Below, one piece after another: positions 8,494-18,734 of a DNA stretch of 57,688 nt. The position numbers and the translations under genes are program-made. Each line of letters begins with the position of its first letter. Positions within the stretch are counted from its first letter, which is position 1. The notes beneath the pieces were generated by a model, which saw only the letters and a program-made list of their open reading frames with translations, was not told the origin of the DNA and ran no database searches. Source of the stretch: an uncultured Nitrospinaceae bacterium (GTDB lineage Bacteria; UBA8248); the NCBI GenBank assembly GCA_964558115.1, contig CAZLCI010000004.1, positions 1-57,688 of the forward strand, read 5' to 3'.

Positions 8494-10206
8494 TTGTCAT
8501 CTGATGAAACTTCTAAAAAATTCGATCCATCTTTTTTAGTTTGGGCTACTGTTGCTGTAGCTCTGCTAATCTTGATAGTTAATCCTGTATATTATCTTGT
8601 TCAGGAGAGTTTTCTTATTTCTGAAGAAGAAGGTGGCGGTTGGACTCTGCAGAATTTTGTTATTGCTTTCACATCCGAAGAACATTTAATTCCTATTTAC
8701 TGGACACTTATAGTATCAATCCTTGTAGGAACTCTGAGTTTGGTAGTTGGAGCAATACTGGCTTGGTGTGTTAGTAGGACGGATATACCTTGTCCTGGAA
8801 TGATTCGCAATTCAGTTCTTATTTCTTTTGTTACTCCTCCTTTTTTAGGTGCGATTGCATGGATTTTCCTGGCAGGTCCAAGGATGGGTTGGTTAAATAT
8901 TATCTATAGAGGAATTTTCGGCTTAGGTCCAGATTCTTATTTATTTGATATTTTTACTATATCGGGATTAGTTTTTTCGATGACTTTGTTTAATTTTCCA
9001 CTTGTTTTTATTGTTGTCTTAGCAGGACTAAATAATATTTCTTCAGATGTTGAGGACGCTGCCAATATAGCAGGTGGTGGAACATTCAGTACTATGTTGA
9101 ATATTACATTGCCACTTGCTTTGCCTGCTCTTTGTGCAGGTTTTATTCTCGCTCTTCTGGAGGCTATGATTTTATTCGGAATTCCGAATGTTTTAGCTAT
9201 TCCTGCTGGAATAGAAGTAATGACGACTCAATTACGTTCTTTTATGGTAGCTGAGGATGATATGCTGGGTATTGCTTCAGCCTATTCTTTGCCAATGCTA
9301 GCTACTGCTTTTTTCCTTGTTTATATAAGACGTTATATTCTAGGAAGAAGGGGATATGCAACAATTGGAGGTAAGGGCGGACAGAGAAGGCCTCAGGTTC
9401 TTGGTTTTTGGAGAATTCCAGTGTTTATGCTTTGTTTATTGCCAATAATTTGTTCGGTCGTTTTGCCAAGTTTTATGCTTATTTCTACTTCGTTTCTTAA
9501 TACAATAGGTTACGGATTACAAATCTCTAATCTTACATTTGATAATTATCGATTTATTTTTAGTAATGATGCATTTATCATCTCTTTAAAGAACACAATT
9601 ATACTGGCCATTTTAGCTTCCACACTATGTACGCTGATTGCTGCTGTTTCAGCCTATATTACGCAAAGACAACTTGTTAAGGGTCACAAATACATTAGTT
9701 TTCTAGCAACCGCACCGATAGGAATTCCAGGTATCGTACTTGCGATTGGGTTATTTTCTGCATATACAAAAGAACCTTTTTTATTATATGGGACACTTTG
9801 GATTATGATGTTAGCATATGTGACTAAATATATGCCTTTGGCTTTTCAAACTAGTAATGCTGGTCTTATGAATATTCACTTTGAATTAGAGGAAAGTTGT
9901 CGAATACTAGGAGCTAGTAGATTTCGCGTATTCAAAGATATAACAATTCCCCTTTTTAAAGTTAGTCTAATTGCATCTTGGATACTTGTTTTTATGCCTT
10001 GTCTAAGAGAATTGAGTGCATCCATAATGTTATGGACTACAGATACGAAAGTAATTTCAGTTGTTATAATGGATTTTTATGAAGAAGCACTTTTGGGTCA
10101 AATTTCTGCGATAGCTGTTGTTTTGCTTTCTCTTACCCTAATTGCAGTTTTCTCAGGATTTAGATTTGTGGGTCGAGATTTTATGCAGGCTCGTGAAAAA
10201 AATTAA
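8494..10206 (+). CDS. ABC transporter permease, fused two-domain FbpB/ThiP type
   Basis: About 12 TM segments with two EAA loops (EDAANIAGG, EESCRILGA). Confidence 0.92.
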   Translation: MSSDETSKKFDPSFLVWATVAVALLILIVNPVYYLVQESFLISEEEGGGWTLQNFVIAFTSEEHLIPIYWTLIVSILVGTLSLVVGAILAWCVSRTDIPCPGMIRNSVLISFVTPPFLGAIAWIFLAGPRMGWLNIIYRGIFGLGPDSYLFDIFTISGLVFSMTLFNFPLVFIVVLAGLNNISSDVEDAANIAGGGTFSTMLNITLPLALPALCAGFILALLEAMILFGIPNVLAIPAGIEVMTTQLRSFMVAEDDMLGIASAYSLPMLATAFFLVYIRRYILGRRGYATIGGKGGQRRPQVLGFWRIPVFMLCLLPIICSVVLPSFMLISTSFLNTIGYGLQISNLTFDNYRFIFSNDAFIISLKNTIILAILASTLCTLIAAVSAYITQRQLVKGHKYISFLATAPIGIPGIVLAIGLFSAYTKEPFLLYGTLWIMMLAYVTKYMPLAFQTSNAGLMNIHFELEESCRILGASRFRVFKDITIPLFKVSLIASWILVFMPCLRELSASIMLWTTDTKVISVVIMDFYEEALLGQISAIAVVLLSLTLIAVFSGFRFVGRDFMQAREKN

Positions 10207-10218
10207 AGGAGTTTCCTC

Positions 10219-11289
10219 TTGGCTACTTTAGAATTAAGTAAATTATTAAAGGTATTTGGAACTGATGTAAGAGCGGTGGATGAGATTGATTTACATATTG
10301 AACATGGAGAATTAATTTCATTACTTGGACCATCTGGTTGCGGAAAGACTACGACTCTTCGTCTTATCGCAGGATTTTTAGATCCAAATTCTGGAGAAGT
10401 TATTGTTGATAATAAAGTAGTTTCAGATGGAAATAAGATTTTGCCTCCTGAAAAGAGAAATATGAGTATGATTTTTCAGAGTTATGCAATTTGGCCACAT
10501 AAAACTGTTTTTCAGAATGTGTCGTATGGTTTGAAATTTAGAAACCTTACAAATCATGAATCTGAAAAAAGAGCAAAAAAGATGTTGTCAGTAGTTAGAA
10601 TGGAACATTTAGCAGATAGATATCCTGGCGAATTATCGGGTGGACAACAGCAAAGAGTAGCTCTTGCGCGTGCAATTGTAGTAGAACCGGCAATCTTACT
10701 TTTAGATGAACCTTTATCAAATCTAGATGCAAATTTACGTGAAGAGATGAGATTTGAGATTCGTAGATTACATGATGAGTTTCATATAACGAGTGTATAT
10801 GTAACACATGATCAGTCTGAAGCTATGGTAACAAGTGATAGAATTTGTGTTATGAATGATGGAAAAATAGAACAGGTAGGAAAACCGCAAGAAATCTATG
10901 ATGAACCAAAAACACGATTTGTGGCTGAATTTGTTGGTGTAACCAATAGTTTAGAAGGAAAAGTTATCTCAAGTTCAGTCTTTGATACTGGTTCGATTAA
11001 ATTGAAAATGAAAGAAAATCAGAGCGCTGTTCCAGGAAATCAGGGATTCGTTTCGATTAGACCTCATAGAATTGGAATTTCATCAGTAAAGACAGACAAA
11101 AACTCAGAAAATATGTTTACTGGGCGTGTTAAGAGGAGCTTTTATTTTGGTAGTACAGTTGATTATCTTATAGAAGTTGAAGGTATGGATAATCTTTTAA
11201 GAGTAATTGTTGACCCAGTAAATTCATTTCAATTAGATAGTGAAGTAACTTTAGAAATAGATGCTGAATCTGTAGTTTTTGTAGAGTAA
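10219..11289 (+). CDS. ABC transporter ATP-binding protein (FbpC/PotA-like)
   Basis: GPSGCGKT, LSGGQQQR, LLDEPLSNLD, VTHDQ. Confidence 0.95.
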   Translation: MATLELSKLLKVFGTDVRAVDEIDLHIEHGELISLLGPSGCGKTTTLRLIAGFLDPNSGEVIVDNKVVSDGNKILPPEKRNMSMIFQSYAIWPHKTVFQNVSYGLKFRNLTNHESEKRAKKMLSVVRMEHLADRYPGELSGGQQQRVALARAIVVEPAILLLDEPLSNLDANLREEMRFEIRRLHDEFHITSVYVTHDQSEAMVTSDRICVMNDGKIEQVGKPQEIYDEPKTRFVAEFVGVTNSLEGKVISSSVFDTGSIKLKMKENQSAVPGNQGFVSIRPHRIGISSVKTDKNSENMFTGRVKRSFYFGSTVDYLIEVEGMDNLLRVIVDPVNSFQLDSEVTLEIDAESVVFVE

Positions 11290-11373
11290 AATTAGTAATA
11301 CTTCAAATTGTAAAGTTTTTTTGATTGTTTTCTTTTTATAGTCTTTTTTCCCAAAAATCTGTTCGAGGTAATC

Positions 11374-12480
11374 TTGTCTTTAAATAAGGGAATTCCTTTT
11401 ACTGAAATCATAAAAGGTTTACCTTCAACGGCACCTTTTGTTGGTCCTGAATCACTAGAGAGAAGATTGGGTAAAAACTTCAATCTTCGGTTGGGTGCCA
11501 ATGAAAGTAATTTTGGGATGTCTCCAAAAGCATTTGAGGCTATTCAAAAGGGAATTCATGAAGCGTCATGGTATGGAGATCCAGAAAATTATGAACTACG
11601 ATGTTGTCTTGCAGAAATTCACAATATAACTCCTGAAGAAATTTGTGTCGCCGGCGGAATAGACGATTTGCTAGGACTGGTTGTAAGAATGACTGTTTCT
11701 AAAGGGACTCCCGTAGTTACTTCTTTAGGCGGGTATCCTACATTCAACTATCATGTCATTGGATTTTCTGGAAGATTGTCTTTTGTTCCCTATATTGATG
11801 ATCATGAGAATATAGATGGGCTTTTAAAAAGGGCTATAGAAAGTAATGCTCCACTTATTTTCTTTGCAAATCCAGATAATCCTATGGGGACGTGGCATGA
11901 TGCAGGAGTAGTTCAAAATTTTATAGACTCAATACCATTAGGAAAACTATTGATACTTGATGAGGCATATTTCGAATTTTTACCAAAAGATTCTATCCCT
12001 CGAATTGATACAAAAAATGATAGGTTGATTAGAATGCGTACTTTTTCAAAAGCGCATGGTATGGCTGGTTTTCGGATAGGATACGCAATTGCGAATAGGG
12101 AAATTATAAATGCATTAAATAAAATACGTTTACACTTTGCAGTAAGTCGGATTGCTCAAATTGCAGCTTTGTCATCTTTAATGGATGATAAACATGTTAC
12201 AGATGTTGTAAATCAGGTTAATCAAGGAAAAGAAGAATATTATATGTTGGCAGATAAACTAAATTTGGATTATATCGAATCAGGAACAAATTTTGTTTCT
12301 TTTGATCTTGGAACAGAAAATAGAACTAAGGCGATTTTAAATACACTCGCAGAGGAAGGTGTATTTGTTAGAATGCCGAGTGTTCCAATTCTATCTCGAT
12401 GTATTAGGGTAACAGTTGGTACTTCAAGTGAAAGAAAGATTTTCTCAGAAAAATTCAAGAGTGTTATGAAAAAACACTAA
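11374..12480 (+). CDS. PLP-dependent aminotransferase class I/II, HisC-like
   Basis: LGANE, NPDNPMG, LDEAY, RTFSKAHGMAGFRIGY. Confidence 0.9.
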   Translation: MSLNKGIPFTEIIKGLPSTAPFVGPESLERRLGKNFNLRLGANESNFGMSPKAFEAIQKGIHEASWYGDPENYELRCCLAEIHNITPEEICVAGGIDDLLGLVVRMTVSKGTPVVTSLGGYPTFNYHVIGFSGRLSFVPYIDDHENIDGLLKRAIESNAPLIFFANPDNPMGTWHDAGVVQNFIDSIPLGKLLILDEAYFEFLPKDSIPRIDTKNDRLIRMRTFSKAHGMAGFRIGYAIANREIINALNKIRLHFAVSRIAQIAALSSLMDDKHVTDVVNQVNQGKEEYYMLADKLNLDYIESGTNFVSFDLGTENRTKAILNTLAEEGVFVRMPSVPILSRCIRVTVGTSSERKIFSEKFKSVMKKH

Positions 12481-12490
12481 TAAACCTATA

Positions 12491-13258
12491 TTAGTAAGAA
12501 ACTAATCCGCTTCTTATCTTAGGCATTGTTGTTGGAAGATCCAGAACTGGAAGCCCATGTGAAGGTGCGACATTAGAGACATTTAACTCTTTAAGTAATT
12601 CTTCTAATCTATCTACGTAAATGTTCATATCTGCCAATTTCGTCCAAAATAGTGCGCGTTCTGCGAAAACAGCAGAAACTTCTCCTAAATCAAGAGATTC
12701 TGCTTCTTCAGCAGTTTTTCCGCAATGGGCATCATCATGGTAATGACTATAGGCAAAACCATCACCAGGAAAAAGAGTTCTAGTAAGAGTATCGAATCCC
12801 CAAAGAGATGTTCTCAAATCTCTAATTACAGGTTCTGCAGCAAAGAACTTTCTGTTCCCTAAGTCTAAAGATTCTCCAACTTCGAAATCTTTTAATCTAT
12901 GAGAGTGTTCTGGAAAACAAAGATGATAATCACTTACATCACAGTGAACAGTTACTTCAGGGAAGTCATCTAGAATTCGGCCCATTCCACCAGAATGCGG
13001 AACTTCTTGATGAGTTAGAAATAAATATTTAAGAGTGGATTTTTGTTCTTCCAAGACGCTCTTAACCTGTTTCCGAATGGTAGGATAATCACCTTGATGA
13101 CCGGTTTCAACAAGCATTGAACCTTCAGTACCAACAATTACGAAAGAAGCATTATAAGTATGATAGGTTTTTCCATTATGAAATTGTTCGTGACAAATTC
13201 CAAGCCAAAAAATTCCATCAGCGATTTCTCGAGGAAGAGGATTATGGTGTATAGCCAT
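12491..13258 (-). CDS. Metallo-beta-lactamase-fold protein, FprA/ODP-like
   Basis: YNASFVI, LVETG, THQEVPHSGG, LFPGDGF, APSHG. Confidence 0.75.
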   Translation of the reverse strand: MAIHHNPLPREIADGIFWLGICHEQFHNGKTYHTYNASFVIVGTEGSMLVETGHQGDYPTIRKQVKSVLEEQKSTLKYLFLTHQEVPHSGGMGRILDDFPEVTVHCDVSDYHLCFPEHSHRLKDFEVGESLDLGNRKFFAAEPVIRDLRTSLWGFDTLTRTLFPGDGFAYSHYHDDAHCGKTAEEAESLDLGEVSAVFAERALFWTKLADMNIYVDRLEELLKELNVSNVAPSHGLPVLDLPTTMPKIRSGLVSY

Positions 13259-13260
13259 TT

Positions 13261-14151
13261 TTACCTTTCTAGATTTCTAGGAACATAACTAGCTTTAACA
13301 ACAGAGGAATCTAAGTTCCTCAAAACTTCATCAAGTATATTGAATTGTTTTTCTACCTGCTCCTTCCCAGTTAGTATAGTGCCATAACCAGGTGCAATAG
13401 AATGTATGTCAAATTTATTAAATACTTCAGATATACCTTCTCTTAGAGGCCCTGTATCTACTCCCTCTAACCACCAATATCGAGTATTTAAAAGAAAAGA
13501 TCGAACAAAAGATGTAGTTGTTAGTTCGTCCTTGTTAGAAATCCAGGGGCCGTCAGGATATTCCTGTGAAATATGACTGAACATGTCAGAAGAAAATAAA
13601 GTTTTTGTTGCATGATCAAAAATCCACATTGTAGAAATAAGTCTAATAGGTGCAACAAGACCATGGATAAGTCTTTCCGGATTATCACCTATATTAATTT
13701 TCAATTCATTCCCAAGTTTAGATGTTTTGAATTTCTTGTCTTTTTCTTGTTTAGGAATAAAATCTTCTAATTCAAAATCAAACCAGAAGTCAATATTAGG
13801 TCTATTTGAAAAGGCCTCTACCACATTAAATCGATTAGCAAGAGCAACTATATTTCCGACAGACATAAATTCATTTTGTCGGAGTGGATAAAGGGATAAT
13901 GGAGTATCTTTTGAAATAATTGAAGAGATTTGTTCTGACAAAAAATCTAATTGGCCGTTAAAACCTGTGTCTAATAAGACAGCTGCATTTTCCTCGCAGA
14001 GTAGGTAACAATTCATGGAGGAAAAGCCTCTTGTGCTTTTAGGATATGCACTAACTCTTCCATCTAATTCTAAAATATTATGGAGTGCAAAAGCTTTTCC
14101 ATCTCCTAAATCCGTAATAGAATTTTCCATAGTAGATATTTTATTTTCCAA
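13261..14151 (-). CDS. MBL-fold FprA/ODP-like paralogue with degenerate metal site
   Basis: MNCYLL, LLDTG, LFSSDMF, IAPGYG; the HxxxxH motif is replaced by LRQNEFMS. Confidence 0.65.
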   Translation of the reverse strand: MENKISTMENSITDLGDGKAFALHNILELDGRVSAYPKSTRGFSSMNCYLLCEENAAVLLDTGFNGQLDFLSEQISSIISKDTPLSLYPLRQNEFMSVGNIVALANRFNVVEAFSNRPNIDFWFDFELEDFIPKQEKDKKFKTSKLGNELKINIGDNPERLIHGLVAPIRLISTMWIFDHATKTLFSSDMFSHISQEYPDGPWISNKDELTTTSFVRSFLLNTRYWWLEGVDTGPLREGISEVFNKFDIHSIAPGYGTILTGKEQVEKQFNILDEVLRNLDSSVVKASYVPRNLER

Positions 14152-14261
14152 AAATTACACCTTTTTATAATCAGACTTAAGTTCGCACACTCTATTCACA
14201 CTAGAGAATTATATTGTATTTGTATGTACTTAAACACCATGAATTATTTTTTAATTTCATT

Positions 14262-15416
14262 TTACTTAGACAACGGAATCCATGAATTTGTAACACCACT
14301 TTTGAGACAGGCTTCTGAAAGTTCTATATCTCTAATCCCTGCAGAAAAGTCAGAAATGAAAGGTGCATCGGTTAGTACGTGTTCAATAAATCCTTCCCAA
14401 CCAAAACGATAAGGATTTTTATAAGTAGCAATTTCTGGAACCTCTTCCCAGTCTTGTGGAAAATTTGTTTTCAATTCTAAAGTTGTTTTATCTCCACCTA
14501 AGTTGAAGCCAGTTATTCTTGGAGTTGAAGAAGCTCTTTGAGTCCAGCAATTTCTAAGAGTAGAAAACCCCGATCCCTCCGTACCATCAATTTGTAGAGT
14601 GAAAAGATCTTCAACTCTTACTCTTGTGGCCCAACTACTAAGTATGGTTCCAAATGCTCCCGAGTCTAGTTCTAAAATAGTAGCACTGGAATCTTCTACA
14701 TCAACTTTATAACTACTCTCTTCTTCATCCACTCTATCTAGTTGTGCGGTCCAATTTGCAGATACAACTCTTTTGATCGGTCCAAGAAGTCCCTCTATAA
14801 CGTATCTCCAATGAGGGTACATATCAAAGAGCAATCCTCCTCCACCTGATTTTTTATAATTCCAACTTGGCCTTTGAGATTTTTGTGAAGTGCCGTCAAA
14901 GACCCACCATCCGAAAGTAAGATTGAAATTTACTATTCTTCCAAAAAAATTTTCTTTTATTAAATGATTCATTTTACGGAGTCCAGGAACAAAAAGTTTG
15001 TCTTCGACCACACCATGTTTGATATTTTTTGAAGATGCATTTTGTAAAAGAATTTTTCCATCTTCCACTGACGGAGCAAGAGGTTTCTCAGTATATATGT
15101 GTTTTCCTGCGTCTATAGCATTTTTAAGAAGGTTAAGCCTCAGGTGTGTAGACGCTGCATCAAAGAAAATAGGGTAGTTTTGATCTGCAAGTGCAGAATT
15201 TACGTCTGTAGTCCAATTTTGAATTTTGAATTTGTTGGCAATTTCAGAGAGTTTCTTTTCATTTCTTCCGAGCAATAATAATTCAGGAGTTACGATTTCT
15301 CCATTTACAAGAAGATCTTTATTTTCCCTAATGGGAATTAGAGAATTTTCTAAGTGTTGTGTAGAACAGATTCGACCAGTTGCACCATTTAAAATTATTC
15401 CTATAGTTTTAACCAT
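14262..15416 (-). CDS. Gfo/Idh/MocA family oxidoreductase
   Basis: GKHIYTEKP, RPSWNY...GGG...DMYPHW. Confidence 0.9.
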   Translation of the reverse strand: MVKTIGIILNGATGRICSTQHLENSLIPIRENKDLLVNGEIVTPELLLLGRNEKKLSEIANKFKIQNWTTDVNSALADQNYPIFFDAASTHLRLNLLKNAIDAGKHIYTEKPLAPSVEDGKILLQNASSKNIKHGVVEDKLFVPGLRKMNHLIKENFFGRIVNFNLTFGWWVFDGTSQKSQRPSWNYKKSGGGGLLFDMYPHWRYVIEGLLGPIKRVVSANWTAQLDRVDEEESSYKVDVEDSSATILELDSGAFGTILSSWATRVRVEDLFTLQIDGTEGSGFSTLRNCWTQRASSTPRITGFNLGGDKTTLELKTNFPQDWEEVPEIATYKNPYRFGWEGFIEHVLTDAPFISDFSAGIRDIELSEACLKSGVTNSWIPLSK

Positions 15417-15438
15417 TTTGACCTTTCATAAAAATTTA

Positions 15439-15819
15439 TTAAAAAGGATCATCTTGTGGAGGAGAACTAGGAGTTTCATCGCCTTCAGCAACTCCTTTTA
15501 AACTCCATGTAGTATCTTTTACGTAGACTGCTTCGACTTCTTCGATAATCTTTGTAGAATGTACTGTATTAGAGGGCACATGGATTACTTCTCCAGGACC
15601 AACTTCAAATTTTTTACCTCCTAAAATTAAGTTTTGTCTACCTCTTAAAATGTAAATGAACTGTTCGCATGGATGGAAGTGTGGTTTTGCTTCACTACCT
15701 GTAGGCCAGATTCGGTGACAAAAATACATTTTATCACCTTTTATCGTTTCACCGAATCCAGATGAAAGTTTAGGGTTTTGATGTGTGCTTTTTAGTTCTT
15801 CAAATTTATACACAGACAT
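15439..15819 (-). CDS. Cupin domain protein
   Basis: PHFHPCEQ and GEVIHVPSNTVH cupin motifs. Confidence 0.9.
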   Translation of the reverse strand: MSVYKFEELKSTHQNPKLSSGFGETIKGDKMYFCHRIWPTGSEAKPHFHPCEQFIYILRGRQNLILGGKKFEVGPGEVIHVPSNTVHSTKIIEEVEAVYVKDTTWSLKGVAEGDETPSSPPQDDPF

Positions 15820-15916
15820 TTTTTATATTCCTTTTTTGAATTGATTGTAAAATATCATTTAAAGTAATAACGATGAAGTCTATTAGTTTATTCTGTGAAT
15901 TAAAAATTTTTCTTAT

Positions 15917-16786
15917 TTATAAAGTAGTAATAAAAATTCCTCCCAAAACTATTAAAATCGTTGCCATTACAATTTGCTTGGTAATCTTTTCAAGTTTTCC
16001 TAGGAAAATATAACTAAAAATTAGAAGCCATATGGGAGCAGTTCTACTTAGAGGAATTGCTATAGATACAGGAGAAATCATTATTGCATTAATCAAAAGA
16101 GAAGAACTGCAGAAATTGAAAATACCACTTAATAATATCCAAAGAACATCTGCTCTACTCTTTACCGAAACTTTTTGTTTTAAAATAGGACTACTTAAAA
16201 GAAGAAAAATATTACCTACAAGAAATCCAATTCCTAAACCAGCCATTGGTATTTTTTGTTCATTTAAAGCAAGTTTTGCAAAAACTGGAGCAAGTGCATA
16301 TGCTATGGAAGCAAGTATTGGAAATATCACACCCTTTTGAAACCAATCAGAAATTCTTTTTTTGGAATTAAATTTCACACTGAGGATTATGACACCAAAA
16401 ACTATGGAAATTGTTCCTAAAATATCCCAAAATGTGGGATTTTCTCCTAAAATAAAAATCGCAATAAATGTAACCCAAAAAGGAGTGATAGCAGAAATAG
16501 TAACGGAAGGATTTAGGCCAACTTTGTTAATTCCAATAAGTCGTGTTATACGTCCGAATCCAGGACCTGTCATGCCCATTGCTACAAACCAAAGAATCGT
16601 TTTTAACGATAATTGATTGAATGAACCTTGATAAAAGCAAACTATAAGACCGCCAGTTGAAACAACAGTATTGACAATTAATGCAGCCAAAAGAGGAGAA
16701 GCAGTTCTCATCCCTTGCCTTATACTTATATGTGCAAAAGCTGCAATAATTGCAGAACTTGCTGCCATAAGTTCGCCGATTCCCAT
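15917..16786 (-). CDS. DMT/EamA family transporter
   Basis: About 10 TM segments in two repeats, FILGE motif. Confidence 0.85.
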   Translation of the reverse strand: MGIGELMAASSAIIAAFAHISIRQGMRTASPLLAALIVNTVVSTGGLIVCFYQGSFNQLSLKTILWFVAMGMTGPGFGRITRLIGINKVGLNPSVTISAITPFWVTFIAIFILGENPTFWDILGTISIVFGVIILSVKFNSKKRISDWFQKGVIFPILASIAYALAPVFAKLALNEQKIPMAGLGIGFLVGNIFLLLSSPILKQKVSVKSRADVLWILLSGIFNFCSSSLLINAIMISPVSIAIPLSRTAPIWLLIFSYIFLGKLEKITKQIVMATILIVLGGIFITTL

Positions 16787-16850
16787 TAACTAAGTAACTT
16801 CAAGGTATATTTCTCCAATTACCATTCTAAATTACAGTTTGTCCTGTAAT

Positions 16851-18524
16851 TTAGAATGGTGGGGTAGGCTGAAATGATGTCAAAACGTCAACAATTGTAG
16901 GCACATTCGAATCCAAAGCTTTTTTTAGGGAAGGTTTCAATTCGTCTGGTTTTTCAACTCGAAATCCAATACCACCACAAGCATTTGCAATTTCTGCAAA
17001 GTTCGGACTTTGAAAATCACAACCATATGCGGTTCCATAAAGATTGTTTTGTTGTCCAATCATTTGGGAGAAAGCTCCATCATTAAAGATAACAAAAACA
17101 GCGTTAGCACCGTACTCGCATGCAGTAACAAAATCACCAATAGTCATTAAGAAAGCTCCATCTCCTGCAATACCAACGACTTGTCTATCAGGGTGTTCTA
17201 GCTTTGCTACGAAGGCAGTTGGTAAACAAAATGACATCGCATTCCATACTCCAGACTGCATATAAGATTCTGTGTGATTTAGTGGAAAGTAATATCTTCC
17301 CCACATTTGACTATTTCCAACGTCGGTGACGACAATTGCGTCCTTTTTAATAGAATCAACTATTGTCTCTACAATGAATCCTGTGTGTAAAGGAATATTA
17401 TTACGAACTCCTTCAAGATGATTTGTTACTGATTTTTTGAAATCCTCTTTAATTTCAGCTATTTTAGATTTTATATTTTCATTTGTACTTCTATTTTCTT
17501 TTTTCAGTCTTTCAAGTAAAGCAGATAGAAAGAGTTTTGGATCTGCAACAATTTCGTCTTTTTTGGAATAATTTTCATCCTCTTCATTATCAAAGCCAAC
17601 TAAGATATTTTCTTTTTGGGCGTACTTTTTTAAAAAAACAGTTTCCGCAGTGGACGCTCTTAACCCAATTGAAAAAATAAGATCTGTTTCTTCAATTACA
17701 TATCTAAATCTAGGGTCAGTTCTATTATCAATAAAATGTCCTGCAGAAAAAGGGTGATCGTCAGGAATAATACCCATAGAATCTTGAGGATAAACTATAG
17801 GTGCGGAGAGAATTTTTGAAATTTCCTCTAATTCTTTAGTCGCTCTTTTTCTGATCACTCCTTTTCCAGCAGCAATCATTGGGAATTTTGCATTTAAAAG
17901 ACGATTTGCGATTTGTTCTATATCTTCATTAGAAGGTTCGATAACTTCTACAGGCTTTTGTTTATAAGTAGGAAAGGAAATTGGTTTCTCTTGAAGAATA
18001 TGTGGAGAGTAATCAGAAAGTCTAGGGAATTCAATGTGTACTGGTCCTGGTCTCCCACTTTTACTAATTTGAAAAGCTTTTGCCATGATTTCCGGAATAT
18101 CTTCTAACTTTTCGACACGTACACTCCATTTAGTTACATTTTCACACATTTCAACGGTGAATTCTGAATTATCTACTCCATGAAAAGCTTCTCTTGATGC
18201 ATTTAGAGGAACAGCTCCTGTTATATGAATTACTGGAGAGGCAGCACCATAAGCTTGTGCAAGACCTGCAATAGAATTGCAGACTCCAGGACCTGCAGTA
18301 AGTAAGCATACTCCGGGTTCCCCTGTGAGTCTGCCATATGCGTCTGCCATAAGGGTGACGTTAGGTTCCATTTTACAGGTAATCACTTCGATAGAAGGGG
18401 TTTCACGTAGACCATCATAAAAATTAAGAACATGCGAACCAGGCAAACAAAAAATTTTTTTTACATTTTCTTGAACTAAAGCGTGAACAACCGCTTGACC
18501 GGCATGCATTTTTTTTTCTTCCAT
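16851..18524 (-). CDS. Thiamine diphosphate-dependent enzyme (acetolactate synthase-like family), substrate unknown
   Basis: E..MADAYGR, T.GPG..N, GRPGPVHIE, ThDP motif GDGAF...FND. Confidence 0.9.
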   Translation of the reverse strand: MEEKKMHAGQAVVHALVQENVKKIFCLPGSHVLNFYDGLRETPSIEVITCKMEPNVTLMADAYGRLTGEPGVCLLTAGPGVCNSIAGLAQAYGAASPVIHITGAVPLNASREAFHGVDNSEFTVEMCENVTKWSVRVEKLEDIPEIMAKAFQISKSGRPGPVHIEFPRLSDYSPHILQEKPISFPTYKQKPVEVIEPSNEDIEQIANRLLNAKFPMIAAGKGVIRKRATKELEEISKILSAPIVYPQDSMGIIPDDHPFSAGHFIDNRTDPRFRYVIEETDLIFSIGLRASTAETVFLKKYAQKENILVGFDNEEDENYSKKDEIVADPKLFLSALLERLKKENRSTNENIKSKIAEIKEDFKKSVTNHLEGVRNNIPLHTGFIVETIVDSIKKDAIVVTDVGNSQMWGRYYFPLNHTESYMQSGVWNAMSFCLPTAFVAKLEHPDRQVVGIAGDGAFLMTIGDFVTACEYGANAVFVIFNDGAFSQMIGQQNNLYGTAYGCDFQSPNFAEIANACGGIGFRVEKPDELKPSLKKALDSNVPTIVDVLTSFQPTPPF

Positions 18525-18734
18525 TACTTTCCTTTCGATGAATTTTGCCTTTTATAAATAATCGAACACCTTCAACGCAATTCAAAAGATATTTATATTT
18601 TGAAAAGTGGTAAGTGTTATATATATTACTTGTAAGCACTTTATAAAACTACCTACTATAAAGGAATTTTTTCTTTCATTATAAGTTTAGGTTAAAGGCA
18701 TATCTATGATCTTTAAAAAATAATAGGTGAAAAA

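Noticed and set aside
18581-18604. TTCAAAA-N10-TTTTGAA inverted repeat in the divergent promoter region
   Set aside because: Short AT-rich arms are expected by chance in this DNA and I saw no second copy
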